Below are positions 9,334-18,916 of a stretch of 64,000 nt of DNA, one piece after another. The notes beneath the pieces are model-generated. The model worked only from the letters and a program-made list of their open reading frames with translations. It had not been told where the DNA came from and searched no databases. Origin of the DNA: an uncultured Methanosarcinales archaeon (GTDB taxonomy: Archaea > Nanobdellota > Nanobdellia > Woesearchaeales > GW2011-AR9). The stretch spans positions 67,072 to 131,071 of the forward strand of contig CAYFMM010000003.1 of assembly GCA_964344285.1 (NCBI GenBank), in the 5' to 3' direction. The position numbers and the translations under genes were made by a program. How positions within the stretch are numbered: position 1 is the stretch's first letter; the number at the start of each line of letters is the position of its first letter.

Positions 9334-10350
9334 TCATAGTAAATTAAGTTCTGTAAACAAAGTTCTTATTTTCTCTGGAGCAATTACCTCACTATAAGAA
9401 CCATATTCTTGCATCTCTTGCTCAGAAAGTTTTCTACCTTCAAGAACATAACGAGGAGTTGATACTGACTGTTGATATCGTTGAATAGGAGAGGTTATCA
9501 CCAGAAGATTTTGGAATGCATAAGTCCTAGGAATTTCTGAGTTATTAATCATTAATTCATGAATTTTCTCACCTGGCCGAATACCAATAACTTCAACTTC
9601 AGTACTAGCATTATGTTTTTGTTTTAGTACTTCAATTAAGTCTGTTACTTTAAATGCAGGTAAGCGAGGAACAAAGATTTCTCCCCCAACACAGTATTGA
9701 AGTGCATCCATTACTAACTGAACTGCTTGTTGAGGACTAATAATAAAACGAGTCATTCGGTCATCTGTCAAAGGGATTTTTTGTCCCATTTTAATTTTAC
9801 CTTCAAAAAAAGGAATTACAGACCCTGTACTTTCTAAAACATTACCATAACGAACACAAGTAAAGATGGTTTTTTTACTTCCTTTATTAAAATTTGATTC
9901 TGTAAAAATCCTTTCACTTACAAATTTACAAGCACCATATGTGTTTACTGGAGAACAAGCTTTATCGGTTGAGACAAAAATTGCTTTTTCAACATCATTT
10001 TCTAAGCATGCATTTACAACATTTAAAGTTCCAAGAATGTTTGTTTGAATAGACTCAGAAACATTATACTCTAAGATGTCTAAACGTTTGAGAGCTGCTG
10101 CGTGAATAACTATATCAACGCCTTCGATTGCTCTTTTTAGTCTTGGATAATCACGTACATCTCCGATAAGATGACGTAATTTTGAAGAATAACTAAATTT
10201 TTCTTGTACTTTGTGGTGTTTTACTTCATCACGACAGAATAAGCGAATGCTTTGAGGGTCATACTTTAAAATTTCCTCTACGAGTGCTTGGCCTAAAAAC
10301 CCTGTACCGCCAGTGATTAAGACTGTTTTTCCCTTGAAAATATGTTCCAT
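9334..10350 (-). CDS. UDP-N-acetylglucosamine 4,6-dehydratase (PseB/FlaA1/CapD-like SDR)
   Basis: Rossmann motif KTVLITGGTGFLGQ. Length and layout are typical of inverting 4,6-dehydratases. Confidence 0.8.
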   Translation of the reverse strand: MEHIFKGKTVLITGGTGFLGQALVEEILKYDPQSIRLFCRDEVKHHKVQEKFSYSSKLRHLIGDVRDYPRLKRAIEGVDIVIHAAALKRLDILEYNVSESIQTNILGTLNVVNACLENDVEKAIFVSTDKACSPVNTYGACKFVSERIFTESNFNKGSKKTIFTCVRYGNVLESTGSVIPFFEGKIKMGQKIPLTDDRMTRFIISPQQAVQLVMDALQYCVGGEIFVPRLPAFKVTDLIEVLKQKHNASTEVEVIGIRPGEKIHELMINNSEIPRTYAFQNLLVITSPIQRYQQSVSTPRYVLEGRKLSEQEMQEYGSYSEVIAPEKIRTLFTELNLL

Positions 10351-10463
10351 TTTTAGGTTTGGATGCCAAGTTACTGTTTATATATTTTAGGAAACAGAGA
10401 TAAGCAATTATTCATGATCCGTAGTTGAAATATAATTTTGTTTCTTTTAAAATGAAGTCATGA

Positions 10464-10568
10464 ATAGCCAGAGTGCCATTCATCCTCGCAGTATCCTCAA
10501 AAAGCTCTCTGCTTTTTGGGACCCCAAAAATCACATTTTTCAGGGAACTACGAGGCTTTCTGGCTATT
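10464..10568. repeat. inverted repeat bounding a ~105 nt GC-enriched intergenic element (possible small structured RNA or MITE-like element)
   Basis: A perfect 10-nt inverted repeat AATAGCCAGA / TCTGGCTATT with a further near-complementary pair (CCTCGCAG / CTACGAGG) just inside it. It lies in the divergent promoter region between the PseB-like and GT4 genes. Confidence 0.3.
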
Positions 10569-10647
10569 TAATGTAAAGCTTCAAAGAGAAGATTCTTTAA
10601 CAACCTTTTACATAAATTAATTAAAGGGAAGACTTAGCAAAAAGAAG

Positions 10648-11802
10648 ATGAAAATACTTTTAATCAACGCAACTTTTACAAAGAATCTTAAGGAAGCAGC
10701 AAACATTACTACCTTAAATTATGCCAAAGAGCTGATTAGTAGAGGTCATGAAGTAAAAATTGTTGCAGAAAGAAGACAAGGCCTCCCTTCTGAAGAGGTA
10801 TTTCAAGGAGTGCCAGTACATAGGCATAAGAAGGTGAGTACTAAAGCATTTTTTACAAAATTTCTGGGTTTACAGTTAACTGTTAAAGAGATTAAGAAAA
10901 AAGGGTTTAATGCAGAAGTGGTGCACGGTTTTAGTGCATCTACGCTAATGGCATTAAATACAATACTAGCTCATTTTTGGTTTCCAAAAAGCAAGGTATT
11001 TCACACAATTAAATCAGAGTCCAAGGCCACTATTGATAAATATTTTTCATTTGTACTTAATTTTTTAGATGTTGTTACTGTCTCAACTGCAAAGCAAGTA
11101 AAAAGACTTAGGGGCCGTGGAGTAAGAAAAGATAAAATCAAAGTCATCAAGTCACATATTGATACCAAAAAATTTGTTGCAAAAGATAAAGAAACACTAA
11201 AGAAGAGTTATGGTTATGAAGGAAGAAAAATTGTACTTTATTATGGAGCTATGAGAGAAGATAAAGGGACTATGGACTTATTGAAATCAAGCCCATTAGT
11301 AATAAAAGATGAACCTTTAGTGTTGTATATTTTTATTGGGAGATGGAAAGCAGATGACGATGAATTTCATCGGTATGTAAAAGAGCAAAAACTGGAAGAG
11401 AATGTGTTAATTATTACAGAAGACGTAGTGATTGAAGATTATGTGGCAATGGCAGACATAGGTATTTTCCCTTATCAAACACTAACAAGAACAGAAAGCA
11501 ATCCTTCTTGTGTGTTAGAATGCCTTGCTTGTAAGACCCCTGTAATTACGAGTTTCCTTCCAGAATTAAAAGAGATTTTGACAAATGGAAAGAATTGTGT
11601 TATGGTCAGACCACAAGATATTAAGGAATTAGCAAAAGCCACCCTAGATTTGTTGAATGATACACAAAAACAAGAGAGATTAAGAGAAGAAGGAAAAATT
11701 ATTGCAAATGAATTTTCCATTACAAAAAGAACCGATGAATTCTTAGAGATGTACTTAAAAGTAAGAGGCAAAGTAAATAGAAATAAGAACAACTCTGCGT
11801 AA
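10648..11802 (+). CDS. family 4 (GT-B) glycosyltransferase
   Basis: GT4 C-terminal donor-binding region (ESNPSCVLECLACKTPVITS). Confidence 0.65.
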   Translation: MKILLINATFTKNLKEAANITTLNYAKELISRGHEVKIVAERRQGLPSEEVFQGVPVHRHKKVSTKAFFTKFLGLQLTVKEIKKKGFNAEVVHGFSASTLMALNTILAHFWFPKSKVFHTIKSESKATIDKYFSFVLNFLDVVTVSTAKQVKRLRGRGVRKDKIKVIKSHIDTKKFVAKDKETLKKSYGYEGRKIVLYYGAMREDKGTMDLLKSSPLVIKDEPLVLYIFIGRWKADDDEFHRYVKEQKLEENVLIITEDVVIEDYVAMADIGIFPYQTLTRTESNPSCVLECLACKTPVITSFLPELKEILTNGKNCVMVRPQDIKELAKATLDLLNDTQKQERLREEGKIIANEFSITKRTDEFLEMYLKVRGKVNRNKNNSA

Positions 11803-11834
11803 AGTATATAAAGCGTTGTTTTTGTGAAATTAAA

Positions 11835-12518
11835 ATGAATCAGAAAATTACATGGAAAGAGATTAAAGAGTCTAGTAGTAAACATAAAGAAATCGCAATG
11901 CGTATTACCGATTATTTATCTCGACCTTTGACTTATATTATGGTGCGTTGTACTAAGATTACACCCAACCAAGTTTCTATTTTATCGTTTTTATTTGTAC
12001 TCGCAAGTGCATATTTCTTTTTAAAAGGAGGATATACTAATGTCTTAATTGGAGCTATCTTAGCATTTGTGTACAACCTTTTGGATATGGTTGATGGCAT
12101 GATTGCACGTCTACGAGGAATGAGTTCTGTTTTTGGACAGTGGTTGGATGGCGTATTAGGATTTTTGTCTTTTCCCATTACAATTATTGCAATTTCAATT
12201 GGATTGAAAAATTATGTTGCGCTTATTTTAGGAATGATAGCAATTGTAAGCTATCCACTACAGTTTTTATTTGTACATTATTATAAGTCAGATATTCAAA
12301 AGAACAATCAAAAGATGTATATTCCTGGTGCAGGGAAGTTAGAATGGGTTAGATATGCTTATGGAGCAAGTTTCTTTAACTTCTTCTTGCTATTTACTGC
12401 AATTATTGGTAAGCCTGTTTATACTCTTGTATTTTGGGCAACTTTAGGTAATTTGTATTGGGTAGGAATCTTGTATTCACAGTACAGAGCTCTTCGTTTA
12501 GCTGCTCAGAAAAAATAA
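11835..12518 (+). CDS. CDP-alcohol phosphatidyltransferase family membrane protein
   Basis: Motif DMVDGMIARLRG...G...D in a polytopic membrane protein. Confidence 0.55.
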   Translation: MNQKITWKEIKESSSKHKEIAMRITDYLSRPLTYIMVRCTKITPNQVSILSFLFVLASAYFFLKGGYTNVLIGAILAFVYNLLDMVDGMIARLRGMSSVFGQWLDGVLGFLSFPITIIAISIGLKNYVALILGMIAIVSYPLQFLFVHYYKSDIQKNNQKMYIPGAGKLEWVRYAYGASFFNFFLLFTAIIGKPVYTLVFWATLGNLYWVGILYSQYRALRLAAQKK

Positions 12519-12539
12519 AAGAGAGTTAAGAACCTTAAA

Positions 12540-13631
12540 ATGAAAGTTTATTGTAATATTGATACTGATGCAAGAAAATTTGAAGGAAGAACACAACTTG
12601 CAACAAAAGTTACAGCATTCTTAAAAGAGAAAGGATTTGAGTTTACGCAAAATCCCAAAGAAGCAGACTTGTTTCATTTTCATAGTAGCGGAGTTTTTGA
12701 GTCTTATAGAGCTTACCAATTAAAAAAAAAATATGGTAAACCATGTATTTATTCGTTATATTCTAATGTAGTAGCTTCTGCAATTATGCACCCAATTAAT
12801 TTTTGGATTCAAAAGAAATATTTTCAAAAGACAGCGACTAAATTTCTTCCAAGTTACACTGCAGCAATTCCTTTATGGATGCGATCTTTTTTTCTCAATA
12901 AGTTAGATGTTGTAGTAGTTCCCTCAAAGTTTTTACAGCAGAAGTTAGGAAAAAATGCAAGGATAATTCCTTTTGGAGTTGACATTGCAAAGTTTACAAT
13001 TCTTGAAAAAAAAAATGAAGCAGAGAATGCTTTAACTCAAGACAAAGGAGAACAAGAAGAGCAAGAAGAAGTCGCAGGAAGGAAAACAAAAAAAATAAAG
13101 GTAGCTTATTTTGGACATGCTGGAGTGTTTAAAGGATTAAATGATTTTGTAAATGCATCATTTCATTTTGATAAAGACATTGAGACCCATATTTTTATGA
13201 CACAGCGTTTTGATAAAGTTGATAAGTATATTGCAAGGAACTCAAAGATTATTATTCACGGATTTGTAGAAAACATTACCAAGGCGTATAATGATATGGA
13301 CATCGTCTTATTACCTTATAGAACTGAAATAGGAACTGTTGCAAATCCATTAGTATTAATAGAAGCAATGGCGTGTGGAAAAGCAATAGTTACCACTGAT
13401 TTTGATTTCGTAAAAGAAGTAGTAGGTAACTCTGCTACAATAAGCCCAAAATTTTCACCAAAAAAATTAGCTAAAGCAGTAAACACACTTGCAAAAGATT
13501 CTGGATTGCGAGAGGAAATGGGAAAAAAAGCACGTAAGATTGTTGAAGAGAAGTATTCACGAGAAAAGATGTTACAGGGTTATTTGAATCTATATCAAGA
13601 ATTTGCTAAAGAGAAATTAAAAGTTGAATAA
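12540..13631 (+). CDS. family 4 (GT-B) glycosyltransferase
   Basis: GT4 C-terminal motif LIEAMACGKAIVTTD. Confidence 0.65.
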   Translation: MKVYCNIDTDARKFEGRTQLATKVTAFLKEKGFEFTQNPKEADLFHFHSSGVFESYRAYQLKKKYGKPCIYSLYSNVVASAIMHPINFWIQKKYFQKTATKFLPSYTAAIPLWMRSFFLNKLDVVVVPSKFLQQKLGKNARIIPFGVDIAKFTILEKKNEAENALTQDKGEQEEQEEVAGRKTKKIKVAYFGHAGVFKGLNDFVNASFHFDKDIETHIFMTQRFDKVDKYIARNSKIIIHGFVENITKAYNDMDIVLLPYRTEIGTVANPLVLIEAMACGKAIVTTDFDFVKEVVGNSATISPKFSPKKLAKAVNTLAKDSGLREEMGKKARKIVEEKYSREKMLQGYLNLYQEFAKEKLKVE

Positions 13632-13684
13632 GACTTGGGTCAAATTTAATTTGTCAAGTTTAATTTGAGTTAAAATGTGCAAAC

Positions 13685-15055
13685 ATGGAACAAAGAAAAG
13701 CTATGATTGTAGGATTAGTATTGTTTATGTGTGGTGCAGTTATTTTTTATTTTAAAGGAATTGTGTGGGCGGCAGGATACATTCTTTCATTATTCATATT
13801 AGAAGCGATTACATATCTTACCTTAGTGCGTTTGCGTAAAAGATCTCCTTTGTTTATTATGCCCAAAGATAAAGCTCCAGAGCTTTCAAAAAAGGGCTTA
13901 CAAAAATTCTTCAAGCAAGGATATGATTCAAAGTTAGGTTGGATTCGTAAGCCGAATACAAACAAAGAAGAAAAGAGTAGTTTTGGAACCACAGCATATT
14001 TGATTAACCAGAAAGGTGCAAGAAGCAACTTAGAGCATGAAACATTACCCCTAAAAATATCTTGTTATGGCGATTCTTTTACTTTTTGCAGACAGGTTAA
14101 TGATAATCAGACATGGGAATGGTTCCTCTCAGAGCTAACACAAAGCAATGTTGCAAATTTTGGAGTAGGAAATTATGGTATTGACCAAGCACTTTTACGT
14201 TTGAAAAGAGAATATGAAAAGAATCCCACTAAAATTGTTGTGATGGGAGTAGTTCCTTCAACTATTGTTCGAATTTTATCTGTGTGGAAACATTATCATG
14301 AATACGGAAACACATTTGGATTTAAACCTTTTTTTAGAATAGAGAAAGGAAAATTAAAATACTACGCAAATAGAATAGATAATGAAGATAAATTCTTAAC
14401 ATACAAAAAAGAAATACCTTTTTTCAAAAAGCACGATTATTTTTACAAAAATAAGTTTTCTAAAGAATTATTTGAGTTCCCTTTTTTTGTATCTATGCTA
14501 AGTAACCCTATCCGTAATATTCCTTTAATTACTTCATTTTTGCTGTTTAAGAATAATGGAAATAAAAATGGAAATAAGAATGAAAGCAAGGAAGAAAAAG
14601 AGGTGGTTTATGGAAAAGGAAAAAAGCAGAGCGATAAAAAAAGAGATGGAAAAGATGTAATGATACAAAAATTGCAAAAGATTAAAGACAGATTTTTGCA
14701 TCCTGTAAAAGTTTCATTGTTTAGCAAAGACAAACCAGTAGAATTGTTAAAAGCGTTGACTCAAGAATTTTTTTCTTATGCTCAAGAGAAATCATTTACC
14801 CCCATCCTGTTATGGATACCACAAAAAGACGATATAGAATATATTAAGCGTAGAGGTGTGTATTATGAAGATTACATTAAAGAGTTTTCTAAAGAATTTA
14901 CTGTTGTTGATATGACTAAAACATTAGTTAATTCAAATAATGTAGAAAACCTTTTTACAGAAGACTCTAGTGACGGGGGCCATTTAAGTGAAGAAGGTAA
15001 CAAAGTTGTTGCAAATGAGTTGTTTAAGGCAATATCAGCGCTTAAGACGCCGTAG
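13685..15055 (+). CDS. membrane-anchored SGNH/GDSL hydrolase-like protein
   Basis: N-terminal TM helices followed by a GDSL block I (CYGDSFTF). Carries a Lys/Asn-rich insert (KNNGNKNGNKNESKEEKE). Confidence 0.4.
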   Translation: MEQRKAMIVGLVLFMCGAVIFYFKGIVWAAGYILSLFILEAITYLTLVRLRKRSPLFIMPKDKAPELSKKGLQKFFKQGYDSKLGWIRKPNTNKEEKSSFGTTAYLINQKGARSNLEHETLPLKISCYGDSFTFCRQVNDNQTWEWFLSELTQSNVANFGVGNYGIDQALLRLKREYEKNPTKIVVMGVVPSTIVRILSVWKHYHEYGNTFGFKPFFRIEKGKLKYYANRIDNEDKFLTYKKEIPFFKKHDYFYKNKFSKELFEFPFFVSMLSNPIRNIPLITSFLLFKNNGNKNGNKNESKEEKEVVYGKGKKQSDKKRDGKDVMIQKLQKIKDRFLHPVKVSLFSKDKPVELLKALTQEFFSYAQEKSFTPILLWIPQKDDIEYIKRRGVYYEDYIKEFSKEFTVVDMTKTLVNSNNVENLFTEDSSDGGHLSEEGNKVVANELFKAISALKTP

Positions 15056-16519
15056 TTTTTTTTGTATTTCAAACAGGTTGAATGCACCAAAAAGATATGC
15101 AAGTAAAAAATAAAACAAAGTTGCAACAAATCCTGCAATAAAGAATTCCATCCACATATTTAGAGAAATTGAGTTTTGTATAAAATACGCTACTGCAAGA
15201 AAACTTATTCCAGGAAAAACTATTTTTAGCCATTGTTTGATTGGAAATTTCATTTTTAAGATATGGGTAATGTGTCGAGTGGAATCAAGGAGGATGTACA
15301 AATAGCTAGCAGAAGTTGCAAAGGCTGCTCCTTCTATTCCGTAAAAAGGGATAAGAGCAAAATTTAAGCCTACATTGATTAAAACTGCAACAAAAACCAT
15401 CTTTGATACTAATTGCGGCTTTCCCATCCCTAAAAGGATATTGTTATTCATCATTGCGACGATATAAAATAATGTGCCGACCAAAACAATTTGAAAGGTT
15501 ATATCTCCAGATGCATAGGCAGCTCCAAAAAACACGGTGATTAAAAATCTTGCAAAGACAAAAGTAATTCCCAAAAGAGGGATGATTAAGATAAATATGT
15601 AACGGTGAATTAAGCCCACTCCTTCTGCAAGCCTTTGTGTATCATTCTTCGACCACAATTCAGAAGACATAGGAAAAGCAATAGAGCTTACTGCTCTGCC
15701 AAGGAAAAAAAACATTAAGGCTGAAGGGAGAACTGCATTATAAATACCCACATCACTAAGAGAAACAAAGTAGGTTAAAATAATTGTATCTGCATAACCA
15801 ATAATTCTCCCGCCTACTACTGTTGCAAAAGAATGTACGCCAAAAGAAAGGAGTTCTTTAGAACGTAACATAAAGTGAGTCATTTTATGTTTAAATGGAT
15901 TAAATAGTCTAAATGCAAAGGGAAGGTATACAAGAAACATCAAAAAGGCTGAAAAGAAGTAAGCATAGGCTGGTGCAATTTGAAGAGGAGTAATCTTAAC
16001 AAAGAGAAGAATACCAATAAAAACAAAAAGGTTTTTTGCAAGTTCCATTGAAGAATAAAGAAGCATTTTCTGATAGCCTTGAAATATGCCTTTGAGAATT
16101 CTAAAGAAGATACTAAAGAAAACATAGAAAATTAAAATACGTAAAATAGGAATAGAACCAGGGTCTGCAAAGTAGTGAACGGAGAGGAATTTTGAGAAGA
16201 CTATAAAGAGAATTGCAAGGATACAAGAACCCAAAATCTCAAGTGAAAGAACAGACACAATAATTGTCTTAATGGAATTATAATCTTTTTTGGATTGATA
16301 ATGAGACATGTATTTTACAAGAGCTTCTTGTAGCCCTAAATCACGCAAGAATAAGAAGAAAAGAACGAATGTAAGGACAGAATAAAATAATCCAAATTCA
16401 GAAGTGTCAAGAGTCCTAGCTAAGACTAAACGAACTAAATAACCTACAAGAGCTGCAAACATACCCATAATAAACGAAGCTCCTGCTCCCTTGACTGCTT
16501 TTTTAAGATATTGTGCCAC
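15035..16519 (-). CDS. polysaccharide biosynthesis protein / oligosaccharide flippase (Wzx, MOP superfamily)
   Basis: 494 aa with about 12-14 predicted TM helices. The layout is typical of Wzx-like flippases in glycan clusters. Confidence 0.6.
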   Translation of the reverse strand: MAQYLKKAVKGAGASFIMGMFAALVGYLVRLVLARTLDTSEFGLFYSVLTFVLFFLFLRDLGLQEALVKYMSHYQSKKDYNSIKTIIVSVLSLEILGSCILAILFIVFSKFLSVHYFADPGSIPILRILIFYVFFSIFFRILKGIFQGYQKMLLYSSMELAKNLFVFIGILLFVKITPLQIAPAYAYFFSAFLMFLVYLPFAFRLFNPFKHKMTHFMLRSKELLSFGVHSFATVVGGRIIGYADTIILTYFVSLSDVGIYNAVLPSALMFFFLGRAVSSIAFPMSSELWSKNDTQRLAEGVGLIHRYIFILIIPLLGITFVFARFLITVFFGAAYASGDITFQIVLVGTLFYIVAMMNNNILLGMGKPQLVSKMVFVAVLINVGLNFALIPFYGIEGAAFATSASYLYILLDSTRHITHILKMKFPIKQWLKIVFPGISFLAVAYFIQNSISLNMWMEFFIAGFVATLFYFLLAYLFGAFNLFEIQKKLRRLKR

Positions 16520-16632
16520 AAAAAGAAGGCATAGAATCTATTTTTAAAGTTAGTGGTACTAAGTTTTACTAAGAAATTCAAAGCCCATTAAGATTAAAGA
16601 CTTATTTAGTCAAAATTGAACTAAGAGCAAAA

Positions 16633-16887
16633 CTAAGAATTAAAACTACATCCGTTACTAGATATTTTTCCCCCTGCCCCTAGACAGCAGTTTCTAATTT
16701 CTCTGCCCTTGCTACAAAAAGCTTCGCCGTTAGTTTCACACTTTTTTTGGATACAATGTTCAAATCCCTCTTGCCCAATATTTTTCCTTGCGTTAAAAGA
16801 AAAGATGACCATTAGCACTAAAAGTACATAAAGAAAAATTAGAAGTCCTTTTTGCCAGCGAGATAATTCTTTAAACATATGAATCAA
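16633..16887 (-). CDS. small Cys-rich membrane-anchored/secreted protein
   Basis: 84 aa with an N-terminal hydrophobic helix and a C-terminal Cys-rich region (CIQKKCETNGEAFC...NCCLGAGG...GCSF). Confidence 0.3.
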   Translation of the reverse strand: MIHMFKELSRWQKGLLIFLYVLLVLMVIFSFNARKNIGQEGFEHCIQKKCETNGEAFCSKGREIRNCCLGAGGKISSNGCSFNS

Positions 16888-16960
16888 AGCTTTTAATTTT
16901 TTATAAATGTTATGACTGTTCTCATGTTACATTGTTGCAAAAGATTTTTTGGTGCTATTT

Positions 16961-18916
16961 TTAATTTACTTTAAGTACAACAAAACTCCCTTCAGCTTGG
17001 TGTACTGGAGTAAACAAACCAGAATCTAGAAATTCTGTGTAACGTTGTTGTAAGAGAGTTTGTGTCCCATTGATCTCAAATAATGCATTAAAATACTTCA
17101 AGTCCATTAGAGGGTTAACAACAAAATATTCGTACTCATTCTCTTTTAAGAAGGTATAAAGATCATTAGCATCTTGCTCTAGTATCGAAGCACGTATGTC
17201 TTGAACTTCTTGGCACCATTCACAACTATATGCCCCGTATCCTATTGTTAGTTTATCTCGAGGAGAGTACAAAAACACAGGAGTATTATCTGGAATTGAG
17301 TCAAACCATTGGCCATATTGGAAAGGTTCTTGTGCAGACATAAATGAACCTGAAGTTGGCCAGATTGCAGTATTAAGTTCGTACTTTTGTTGAGCAGAAG
17401 TCAATAAAAGCCCTCCAATCACTATAACAAATAATGCAAGTTTTAATACTTTTTCTCGTCTGAAAAATGTAAGAAGTGCATAAAACCCTTCAGCTGCAAC
17501 TAAAGAGATTGGAATTGCCATAAGCATCCAAATACGAAAGGGAGCTCTTGCCACAGACACAGGAAAAGTTTGTCCATTGACACCCCAAAAAGTATAGATT
17601 AACCAAATCAGTGCCACTGCTCGCCACATATTTTTTTCAGTTACGATTGATGTTTTGTATCTAAAGATGAGATAAATCACTCCAAATAATGTCAAAATAG
17701 AGAGCACTATACCTACACCAATAGGATTATTGATCATGTTTTGTCCTTGTGCTACAAAAAAATCGCTAAATGTATACGCTCTAGAACCAGTACCACCTGG
17801 ACGTGTAATTGTTTGAAAAAATGAGACGATGAATTGTACGAGGTTAAAACCAGCTGAACCACCTAAGGCAAGTGTCTCTCCAGCCAGAGTTGTGCCACCC
17901 CCATAATATGCTACAAACTTACTAAAAGAGTATTTGTAGATCATTACACCCCACCAAAGCAAAGAGAGAATAATTCCGCCGGCTAAAGCAGCAAATTCAA
18001 TTTTCTTAAATTTCTTAGAAGTAATAGATGCAACGATAATATAGAGTAAAATTAAGGTTGAAAGTTTGATTGGTTGAGATATATTTTGACTAACCCAAAT
18101 TCCAGCTACCATAATTGCTGCCACATAAGCCCAACGTTTATCCTCAGATATTTTCAAAAACGCATACATTGTTGGAAAGAAAAGTGTGACTACAAGACTA
18201 TGAGCCCAAATAAAGTGGCTTAAGTAAGAAGGGATTACTGCTAAAACAAATGTTGCAAAGAGTGCTTTTTTTGAATCATGCATAAAGATTTTTGCAAAAA
18301 GATAAAAGAAGATAAACCCTAAAGAGATGATCAAGGAGTTAAAAAATTTGAGTGTCCAAGGCAAATCAGGAGCTGTTTGGTGAAGAATTCCCATTAAAAC
18401 GTTATATGCAGGAGGATAAATGTCAATATAGGACAAAACCACATCAATTTCATCAGTGTTAAGCTCAGGATCATATGCATTCTTTTCTACAGCCACATAT
18501 TTAGCACCAACTGAATGACCCCAAGGGTCTTCATTTTCTAAATAAGGATAACCAAATGCGCCTGAAAGATATGTGAATAATGATGCTATAGAGATTAAAA
18601 GAACAAGTAATAACATAACATCTTTTTTTGTTAGTTTAAAACTTTTGAATGTAAAGATTGGTTGTTTTCTTTTAACCTTAGTGTAGAGATCATAAATGGG
18701 GTAAGCCATACTTACTACAAGAAATATTTTCCAATCCAAAGGGATGCGTAAAAAATTAATTAAAACTGAGAGAATTGCAAAGACTCCTAAGCCCAACGAA
18801 ACATTTACAAAAAAGCGTTCTAATTTAGTTATTTGAGGGTTCCACCAAAAGGTTACTGTATGGCCCAGCCCCCATGTGTAAAGGAAGAACAGAAGAATCG
18901 TCACTATGTTTATCAT
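16961..18916 (-). CDS. polytopic GT-C-like membrane glycosyltransferase candidate
   Basis: 651 aa with about 13 TM helices and a ~150 aa C-terminal soluble domain. Overlaps the upstream GT-C gene by about 92 nt, so the start is uncertain. Confidence 0.4.
   Translation of the reverse strand: MINIVTILLFFLYTWGLGHTVTFWWNPQITKLERFFVNVSLGLGVFAILSVLINFLRIPLDWKIFLVVSMAYPIYDLYTKVKRKQPIFTFKSFKLTKKDVMLLLVLLISIASLFTYLSGAFGYPYLENEDPWGHSVGAKYVAVEKNAYDPELNTDEIDVVLSYIDIYPPAYNVLMGILHQTAPDLPWTLKFFNSLIISLGFIFFYLFAKIFMHDSKKALFATFVLAVIPSYLSHFIWAHSLVVTLFFPTMYAFLKISEDKRWAYVAAIMVAGIWVSQNISQPIKLSTLILLYIIVASITSKKFKKIEFAALAGGIILSLLWWGVMIYKYSFSKFVAYYGGGTTLAGETLALGGSAGFNLVQFIVSFFQTITRPGGTGSRAYTFSDFFVAQGQNMINNPIGVGIVLSILTLFGVIYLIFRYKTSIVTEKNMWRAVALIWLIYTFWGVNGQTFPVSVARAPFRIWMLMAIPISLVAAEGFYALLTFFRREKVLKLALFVIVIGGLLLTSAQQKYELNTAIWPTSGSFMSAQEPFQYGQWFDSIPDNTPVFLYSPRDKLTIGYGAYSCEWCQEVQDIRASILEQDANDLYTFLKENEYEYFVVNPLMDLKYFNALFEINGTQTLLQQRYTEFLDSGLFTPVHQAEGSFVVLKVN

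Noticed and set aside
16961-18916. Possibility that the 651-aa polytopic protein is the archaeal oligosaccharyltransferase AglB/STT3
   Set aside because: No WWDYG motif or DK/MI motif is recognisable, and the size is at the low end. It is called only as a generic GT-C-like protein.
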